Under the pieces are notes generated by a model. That model made no database searches, had not been told where the DNA came from, and saw only the letters and a list, made by a program, of their open reading frames with translations. A stretch of 25,391 nucleotides of DNA from a candidate division WOR-3 bacterium (GTDB taxonomy: Bacteria > Hydrothermota > Tepidihabitantia > Tepidihabitantales > Tepidihabitantaceae): the NCBI GenBank assembly GCA_965648905.1, contig CBFGIT010000035.1:1-25391 (forward strand), read 5' to 3'. Both the position numbers and the translations under genes were made by a program. Shown here piece after piece: positions 19,940 through 25,391 of this stretch. How positions within the stretch are numbered: the first letter of the stretch is position 1; the number at the start of each line of letters is the position of its first letter.

Positions 19940-21537
19940 GCTCGCCCAATCCGAGCCGCGCGCCTGACCTTACTGCCGACCACCTTGTCATCGGCTCCGG
20001 CATCGCCGGGCTCTGGTATGCCTATCGGGCCAGCCGCTTCGGCTCCGTGGTCGTTGTCACCAAGAAAGAAGATTCCGAGTCGAACACCAACTACGCCCAG
20101 GGTGGCATTGCCGCAGCAGTCGACCAGAACGACAACGCCCGGCTTCATTACGAGGATACGCTCCGCGCCGGTTCCGGACTCTGCCACGAAGACGTTGTCC
20201 GCATCGTCACTGAAACCGGCCCGGGTCTGGTGCGTGAGCTGGCCGAGCTCGGCGTTGAGTTCACCACTTACCGTGACGCCGGCGGCCGCGACCATTTCGA
20301 CCTGGGCCAGGAAGGCGGGCACCGCCGCCGGCGCATCCTTCATGCCCGTGACTTCACCGGCCTGGCACTCGAACGCCGACTGCTTCAGGCGGTTCGGGCC
20401 AGTCCCCAGGTCAGAGTCCTGGAACAACACCTTGCCATTGACCTGATTCAGGATCAGACCGGCTCCTGCTGCGGAGCCACGGTCCTGAACTGTGAGAACC
20501 GGCGGATGGAGACGGTTCTCGCCCGGGTGACCCTGCTCGCCACCGGCGGCATCGGTCAGGCCTACCGGTTCACAACCAATCCGTCGATCGCAACCGGCGA
20601 CGGCATTGCGATGGGATTCCGGGCCGGCGCGACTGTGGCGAACATGGAGTTCGTCCAGTTCCATCCGACCGCGCTCTTTGGACGCCGTCTTGGCGACCGT
20701 GCCTTCCTCATCTCGGAGGCGGTCCGGGGCGAAGGCGCAATCCTGCGCACCCGGGACGGACGCGCGTTCATGCCCGACTACCACCCGGACGCCGAGCTTG
20801 CTCCCCGGGACGTGGTTGCCCGCGCCATCGCCCGGGAGTTGCGCCGACGCGGCGACGAGTATGTCCTGCTCGACGCGACCCATCTTGACCCGGACCGGGT
20901 CCGGGCCCGCTTCCCGACCATCCACGAGACCTGCCTCGGGTTCGGCCTTGACATGACCCGCGAGCCCCTGCCGGTTGTGCCCGCGGCACACTACGTCTGC
21001 GGCGGCCTCCTGACCAATGACTGGGCTGAGACGTCGCTGCCCGGCCTGTTCGCCGCGGGTGAGTGCGCCTGCTCGGGTCTGCACGGCGCTAACCGGCTTG
21101 CCTCCAACTCGCTCCTTGAGGCGCTGGTCTTTGCCGACCGGGCCGCGCACCGCGCTGCCGAATCGGTTCCAGGCTCAGGTTCGAGCCCGTGCCTTACCCC
21201 CTCTTCGCCAATCCGCCTGCCTGCTCTCCCCATCCTCCCCGCCCTGCGCGAATTGATGTGGCAGCACGCCGGCATCGTCCGCACCGACTCCGGCCTTGCC
21301 CAGGCACGAACAGAACTCGCCCGGATGGACCAGAGAGCAGGCCCGGCTGCCGAGCCCCCTTCTCCGGCCGTACTCGAACTGCGCAACCTGCTGCTTGTTG
21401 CCCGGCTCGTGGTCGAGTGTGCCTGTCGTCGAAGAGAATCACGAGGACTGCACTACAATGAAGACCATCCGGAAACCGACCCGGCGTCCGCACACGATAC
21501 CATCATCGGACGAAGAGAACTCCAGCCTGCCGCCTGA
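19924..21537 (+). CDS. nadB: L-aspartate oxidase
   Basis: IGSGIAG, NTNYAQGGIAA, EGGH, TGDG, EFVQFHPT, LISEAVRGEG, LAPRDVVARAI, PAAHY, GLHGANRLASNSLLE, RRESRGLHY. Confidence 0.93.
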   Translation: MLPFLGSPNPSRAPDLTADHLVIGSGIAGLWYAYRASRFGSVVVVTKKEDSESNTNYAQGGIAAAVDQNDNARLHYEDTLRAGSGLCHEDVVRIVTETGPGLVRELAELGVEFTTYRDAGGRDHFDLGQEGGHRRRRILHARDFTGLALERRLLQAVRASPQVRVLEQHLAIDLIQDQTGSCCGATVLNCENRRMETVLARVTLLATGGIGQAYRFTTNPSIATGDGIAMGFRAGATVANMEFVQFHPTALFGRRLGDRAFLISEAVRGEGAILRTRDGRAFMPDYHPDAELAPRDVVARAIARELRRRGDEYVLLDATHLDPDRVRARFPTIHETCLGFGLDMTREPLPVVPAAHYVCGGLLTNDWAETSLPGLFAAGECACSGLHGANRLASNSLLEALVFADRAAHRAAESVPGSGSSPCLTPSSPIRLPALPILPALRELMWQHAGIVRTDSGLAQARTELARMDQRAGPAAEPPSPAVLELRNLLLVARLVVECACRRRESRGLHYNEDHPETDPASAHDTIIGRRELQPAA

Positions 21538-22429
21538 AGCCAAGCTCCTGCTCGAGCGGTTCGATTCGTACCTGCTGGTCGAACGCAGTGTCGTCCAGAA
21601 GTCGGTTGAGGCGTACCGCACCGACATCCGTCAGTTCCTGCTGTCAGTACCTGAAGCCGCACGCCGGCCCGCAGACGTGACCCGCGACGCAGTCCACGCT
21701 TACGTCCGAGAGCTCTCCGCCCTCGGCCTCGCCTCGACCACGGTTGCCCGCAAGGTTGTGTCAATCCGGCTGTTCTTCCGGTTCCTCTGCGCCGAGCTGA
21801 AACTTCCCGGCAACCCGGCCGACCTGCTGGAACTGCCCAGACAGCAGCGCCGACTGCCGTCGGTACTCACGCCCGACGAAGTCACGCGCCTGATAGACGC
21901 TGCCGGCCAGGCTCCGGACCGCTTCTGGGCTTTGCGGGCCCGGGCGATGCTCGAAGTGCTCTATGGCTGCGGTCTCAGAGTCTCCGAGCTTCTCGGTCTG
22001 GACCTGACCGACCTGTCGTTCACCGACCGATGCGTCCGCGTCATCGGCAAACGTGACAAAGAACGAATCGTACCGGTCGGCAGCTATGCACTCGCGGCCG
22101 TGCGCGACTATCTGGCCGGCTCACGACCCCACTATCTCGGCCGGCGCCAGCACTCAGGCCTGTTCCTCAACCACCACGGCCGCAAGCTCTCGCGCATGGG
22201 GTTTCTGAAAACCCTCCGGCAGTGCGTTGCTCTGGCCGGCATCACCCGGCGGGTTACGCCCCATACCCTGCGCCACTCATTCGCCACCCACCTGCTCGAA
22301 GGCGGCGCTGACCTGCGCTCAGTCCAGGAAATGCTCGGCCACGCCAGCATCGCCACGACCCAGATTTACACCCATCTCGACCGCGAATACCTGCGCGAGG
22401 TCTACAAGACCTTCCATCCCCGGGGCTAA
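21458..22429 (+). CDS. xerD: Site-specific tyrosine recombinase XerD/XerC type
   Basis: N-terminal SAM-like domain, LYGCGLRVSEL, GKRDKER, TPHTLRHSFATHLL, VQEMLGH...TTQIYTH, FHPR; start approximate (ATG 21458, GAGGA upstream). Confidence 0.88.
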   Translation: MKTIRKPTRRPHTIPSSDEENSSLPPEAKLLLERFDSYLLVERSVVQKSVEAYRTDIRQFLLSVPEAARRPADVTRDAVHAYVRELSALGLASTTVARKVVSIRLFFRFLCAELKLPGNPADLLELPRQQRRLPSVLTPDEVTRLIDAAGQAPDRFWALRARAMLEVLYGCGLRVSELLGLDLTDLSFTDRCVRVIGKRDKERIVPVGSYALAAVRDYLAGSRPHYLGRRQHSGLFLNHHGRKLSRMGFLKTLRQCVALAGITRRVTPHTLRHSFATHLLEGGADLRSVQEMLGHASIATTQIYTHLDREYLREVYKTFHPRG

Positions 22430-22439
22430 CCAGCCCTTT

Positions 22440-22468
22440 TTGACACACCAACCGCAATTGTGTATAAT
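22440..22468 (+). promoter_or_regulatory. Perfect-consensus sigma70 promoter
   Basis: TTGACA-17 bp-TATAAT, then AGGAGG at 22482-22487. Confidence 0.85.
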
Positions 22469-22491
22469 TGACTTTTGAAACAGGAGGAAGC

Positions 22492-23286
22492 ATGGATCAC
22501 CCCAGGATACTCCGGCTGCTGCTCATCACGGCCCTGTGCCTCGGCGGCCTGCACTGCGCCAAACGACAAACCATCACCCAGCCCCAGGCTGACTTCACCG
22601 TTGCCGCGGACGGCTCGACCGACTACGAGACCATCTCCGAGGCACTCGATGAGGCCAAAGACGGTGACGTCATCCTGGTCAAACCCGGCACTTATGAAGA
22701 AGAAGTGGAGTTCGACGATGACCTGTCGAACGTCACCCTGCTCGGCTCCGGCCCGGACCAGACGGTCATCGACGCGGACGGCGAGTATGCCGGGGTCACA
22801 TTGCGCGGCAACGGACACCGCATCTCCGGGTTCACCATCCGGGGCGCTGGGTCACACGGCGTCTACATACCTGAAGGCAGACACAGAATTGACCACTGCC
22901 TGATTATCGACAACAGCGACCGGGGCATCTACCTAAGCACCATGACCGGCCAAGGCCGGGCCGAAATCGACCACTGCACGATTGCCGACAACAAAGTGTC
23001 GGGCATCTACTCGGTGAAAGACGACGCCGAGACCGCCGTCAGCAACTCAATTATCGCTTACAACGGCCGCGGCATCGTCACCGACAAGAACGAACACGGC
23101 ATCAGAATCACCCGAACCTGCGTATCAAACCAGAGCAGCAACTTCGACCGGGTAGACACCGGCGAAGGCAACATCACGCTCGACCCGCTGTTCCGCGACC
23201 GTGGAAACGGCGACTACCGTCTGGCCAAAGGCTCACCCTGCCTCGGCACGGCCGCGCGCGGCGCCAACATGGGCTGCTTTAAGTAG
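22492..23286 (+). CDS. Putative lipoprotein with right-handed parallel beta-helix (pectin lyase-like)
   Basis: Signal peptide ending GLHC; DYETISEAL...GDVILVKPGTYEE, ISGFTI, repeated N...GI rungs, DPLF...DYRL..GSPC. Confidence 0.8.
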   Translation: MDHPRILRLLLITALCLGGLHCAKRQTITQPQADFTVAADGSTDYETISEALDEAKDGDVILVKPGTYEEEVEFDDDLSNVTLLGSGPDQTVIDADGEYAGVTLRGNGHRISGFTIRGAGSHGVYIPEGRHRIDHCLIIDNSDRGIYLSTMTGQGRAEIDHCTIADNKVSGIYSVKDDAETAVSNSIIAYNGRGIVTDKNEHGIRITRTCVSNQSSNFDRVDTGEGNITLDPLFRDRGNGDYRLAKGSPCLGTAARGANMGCFK

Positions 23287-23299
23287 CGGCTGCGCCGGC

Positions 23300-23373
23300 G
23301 CCCGGTCGCGTGCGCGTCACTCGCGCACCACCGCGCCGGGCCGTAGCAGATAAAACCGGTTTGCCGACCGGGC
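23300..23373. terminator. GC-rich hairpin(s) between convergent genes
   Basis: GTGCGCG/CGCGCAC (23310-23328) and GCCCGGTCG/CGACCGGGC (23300-23308 / 23365-23373); no clear U tract. Confidence 0.45.
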
Positions 23374-23374
23374 C

Positions 23375-24208
23375 CTAAGTCCCAGGCTGCCAGGCGAGCG
23401 ACAGACCCATGCCCAGTGTCTGCTTCAGCCTCGGGCTGGCGTGGACCGTCTCGTCGAAGAGCACCTGGACATACACCTTGCCGCTCAACGCCTTGTTGAA
23501 CCGCGCCGTGATGGCGTGCTCCCAGTCGAGCACCGGCCAGGTCCCGAGCTCGGCTCCGCTGCTGAACGCAAGCAGCGGCTTGTAGGCAACAAGTTTGGTC
23601 GTGTACTCAGCGTCCCGGGAAAAGAGCAGGTGGCGGAATGCGGTTATCCAGCTCACACCGGCATCGGCAACGGCCGTGGTGTCGCGGTCAAAGACCTGAC
23701 GGGCCGCAGCACCAATCTGGGAAGTAAGCGCGCGGGTCGAATCATCGCAGAACCGGCGGCCCACGCCTCCGGTCTCCAGCAGCTCAATCGGGTTCAGGTA
23801 CTTTGTCGGGGTATTCCTTCCGTCGATGAACTGCGACTTCAACCTAAACGAGACCAGCGGGTCAACCCAGAGCCCGAGCGTGAACCTGAGCACGTCATCA
23901 AGCCTCACCTTGTCCTCGGACTTACTCGTCTGCCACCGGTCCGACAGACTGTCATGAGACAGAAGCTGGCCGAACGCAAGCCCGAGCTCGTGTTCGAACT
24001 TCACCTTCCCGCTCAGTTGCCGGGCCGCACTGTGGCCGAGCATCGCGGTGACCGAGCCTGAAGTCTGCTCATTGCCGACCCAGTTCGACGAATAGTAGCC
24101 CTCGTTCAGCAGCAGCTCAAACCCGAGCTTCTGCTGCCACGAACCGGCCGCATCCTGAGCCGATGCAACGACGAGCACCAGAACAAGAACAGCAACAACG
24201 TTTCTCAC
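23375..24208 (-). CDS. Outer-membrane beta-barrel protein, DUF3078-like
   Basis: GTG 24208 with AAGGAG; signal peptide; YSSNWVG motif; alternating amphipathic strands; C-terminal LGMGLSLAW. Confidence 0.65.
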   Translation of the reverse strand: MRNVVAVLVLVLVVASAQDAAGSWQQKLGFELLLNEGYYSSNWVGNEQTSGSVTAMLGHSAARQLSGKVKFEHELGLAFGQLLSHDSLSDRWQTSKSEDKVRLDDVLRFTLGLWVDPLVSFRLKSQFIDGRNTPTKYLNPIELLETGGVGRRFCDDSTRALTSQIGAAARQVFDRDTTAVADAGVSWITAFRHLLFSRDAEYTTKLVAYKPLLAFSSGAELGTWPVLDWEHAITARFNKALSGKVYVQVLFDETVHASPRLKQTLGMGLSLAWQPGT

Positions 24209-24236
24209 CGGACTCTCCTTGTGTTTGACATGAGTC

Positions 24237-24265
24237 AACATACATGACCCGCGGTGCGGTGTCAA
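24237..24265 (-). promoter_or_regulatory. Promoter of DUF3078-like gene, overlapped by TTGAC-N4-GTCAA palindrome (24225-24238)
   Basis: minus strand TTGACA-17 bp-TATGTT. Confidence 0.6.
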
Positions 24266-24270
24266 CCGCT

Positions 24271-24353
24271 CCATCTCCAACCGACACCGCTGGCAGAAGA
24301 AACCCGGCCGGACTTCCTGCCGGGAGATGGCTGAACCGGCCCTGCCGGCTCAG
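24271..24353 (-). terminator. Tandem hairpins after bS22
   Basis: minus strand CTGAGCCGGC-AGG-GCCGGTTCAG (24353-24331, one G-U pair), then CCATCTCC/GGAGATGG enclosing GGCAG..AAG/CTTCTGCC; no U tract. Confidence 0.5.
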
Positions 24354-24359
24354 ATGAGA

Positions 24360-24455
24360 CTAGCGCAGCTTCTTCTTGTGGCGCATCGACTTGATGCGCT
24401 TCTTATACTTGTGACGACGAATCTTGGCCAACTTCCGCTTACGGCCGCATGGCAT
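24360..24455 (-). CDS. Small basic protein, bS22/mS38 (AURKAIP1/COX24) family ribosomal protein
   Basis: MPCGRKRKLAKIRRHKYKKRIKSMRHKKKLR (31 aa), AAAGGAG upstream; not in the ORF track. Confidence 0.85.
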   Translation of the reverse strand: MPCGRKRKLAKIRRHKYKKRIKSMRHKKKLR

Positions 24456-24458
24456 AGG

Positions 24459-24755
24459 CTAGACTGCTCCTTTCATCAGACTCGACTTCAGAAGCCGCGA
24501 CGCCTTGAAAACAGGCACTCGCCTTGGTGGGATGTTCACCGGGTCCTTGGTCTTCGGATTGCGTGCCACCTTGGGCTTGCGCAGCTTGGTGGACATCACG
24601 CCGAAACCTCTGATTTCGATACGGTTACCTTCTTGCAACGTCTTGCATATCTCGTCGATGAACATCTGCACAATCCGCCCGGCATCGCGCTTGGTGATAT
24701 TCGGCGCGACCTGACGGGCGATTGTCTCGACAAGGTCTGCTTTGGTGATGGTCAT
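24459..24755 (-). CDS. HU/IHF-family DNA-binding protein (IHF-beta-like)
   Basis: ITKADLV, GNRIEIRGFG, ARNPKT, VPVFKAS; GGAGG SD before ATG 24755. Confidence 0.93.
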   Translation of the reverse strand: MTITKADLVETIARQVAPNITKRDAGRIVQMFIDEICKTLQEGNRIEIRGFGVMSTKLRKPKVARNPKTKDPVNIPPRRVPVFKASRLLKSSLMKGAV

Positions 24756-24765
24756 TGCGACCCTC

Positions 24766-24990
24766 CTAACCGCAGGTACTGCAACTGTGACTACTACAGG
24801 ACTTACAGGACTTGGAAGAAGACGACGAAACCTTCTTCTCGGCCCCGGCAACACCGAACACCGAGAAGAGCTGAGACAACTTCTTGCTCTTGCACTTCGG
24901 GCAACACAAACCGGCCCGGTCACGTGACCCCATCACGAGCGTCTCAAACTCATGGTGGCAGTTACGACACGAGAACTCCCGAATTGGCAT
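24766..24990 (-). CDS. FmdB-family zinc ribbon protein
   Basis: MPIREFSCRNCHHEFE...CPKCKS, Ser-rich tail ending CKSC....CSTCG. Confidence 0.88.
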   Translation of the reverse strand: MPIREFSCRNCHHEFETLVMGSRDRAGLCCPKCKSKKLSQLFSVFGVAGAEKKVSSSSSKSCKSCSSHSCSTCG

Positions 24991-24995
24991 AACCT

Positions 24996-25024
24996 ATTAT
25001 AGGTCAGGAACTTTCACAAGTCAA
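24996..25024 (-). promoter_or_regulatory. Promoter of FmdB-HU-bS22 operon (likely leaderless)
   Basis: minus strand TTGACT-17 bp-TATAAT; ATG after 5 nt. Confidence 0.8.
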
Positions 25025-25030
25025 GCACGC

Positions 25031-25079
25031 CCGCCGTCCGCCCTTCGCCCTCCGCCATTCTGCAATCTGCACTCTGTAT
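25031..25079. repeat. Seven tandem degenerate heptamers
   Basis: ccgccgt ccgccct tcgccct ccgccat tctgcaa tctgcac tctgtat. Confidence 0.75.
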
Positions 25080-25143
25080 GCCGCCTTCCTCTCTTCGCAC
25101 TCGTGCCGCCGTCGCCCGATACGGCCCGAACCAAGGCACGTCG

Positions 25144-25243
25144 ACCGGCCTGGGGTCTGCGGTTGTAGAATTACCGGTCACGCTTTCATCTCCTGGAACT
25201 AATACCCCAGAACCGCACTTCTACTGAAAGAATCCAAGCCGGT
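25144..25243 (-). ncRNA. Candidate structured RNA of unknown family
   Basis: 10-bp closing stem, nested 6-bp stem and 9-bp hairpin with G-U pairs valid on the minus strand, plus extra complementary blocks; no family recognised. Confidence 0.3.
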
Positions 25244-25391
25244 GCATCAAATCCGGGTCCCTGGGACGCTCCCCCCCCACGCGGTCAAGTCCGGAATCTC
25301 CTGTAAAATGCCATCTCAGGCAGCGGGTTTCTGACCGGTTGTCTGAGGGCTGGGCTCTGTCTTCGATTCCACGGCGAGCCCCAGCGTCCGG

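Noticed and set aside
5534..21537. Selenoproteins via UGA readthrough
   Set aside because: All TGA stops (oxidoreductase, 2Fe-2S, kinase, tadA, nadB) fall at natural C-termini; none aligns to a missing catalytic Cys
12546..22429. Integrative element bounded by tRNAs and a tyrosine recombinase
   Set aside because: The recombinase is housekeeping XerD-like and overlaps nadB; no duplicated tRNA 3' end (att site) or mobility genes seen
25014..25181. 55-aa minus-strand ORF from GTG with AGGAG 8 nt upstream
   Set aside because: It runs through heptamer repeats and the FmdB -35 box and has no protein-like features; not fully excluded
25225..25305. Cobalamin riboswitch or SRP RNA resemblance (CCGGTG..AAATCCGG; GTCAAGTCCGGAA)
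   Set aside because: Core motifs are missing (GGGAA and GCAACTGT; GGAAGCAGC)
25030..25382. tmRNA on the minus strand (GGGGCTCGCCGTGGAATCGA resembles its 5' end)
   Set aside because: No matching T-arm/acceptor 3' end about 350 nt downstream

Overview
GC-rich chromosomal core region of an uncultured-type bacterium with FCB-superphylum traits: T9SS-type C-terminal domains, a PorX-like regulator, a DUF3078-like protein and bS22. The gene style suggests candidate division WOR-3 (inference). Left to right: uvrB; a UbiA-family polyprenyl-phosphate phosphoribosyltransferase converging on a minus-strand operon (purQ, 2Fe-2S protein, FAD oxidoreductase, GT-C/TPR glycosyltransferase); tRNA-Sec; a second GT-C-like membrane protein converging on a histidine kinase-PorX(REC+PglZ) operon; a long plus-strand run (tRNA-Arg(ACG), tadA, tRNA-Ser(CGA), M6 metalloprotease with CTD, 14-repeat propeller protein with CTD, hypothetical, nadB, xerD); a beta-helix lipoprotein; a DUF3078-like protein; and a minus-strand FmdB zinc ribbon-HU/IHF-bS22 operon. 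No mobile element, CRISPR array or selenoprotein was seen. Most notable: (1) PorX in one operon with a kinase that does not look like PorY, divergent from T9SS cargo; (2) a readable promoter grammar (GCTTGACY-N15/16-CTANNNT) placing several start codons at or near +1, i.e. leaderless; (3) a ~100-nt element at 25144-25243 with nested stems plus complementary blocks in parallel order; (4) a possible lipid-linked pentose glycosylation module; (5) a tRNA-Ser gene lying in-frame inside the 5' end of the protease ORF; (6) dispersed 7-bp-period repeats, some inside protein linkers.
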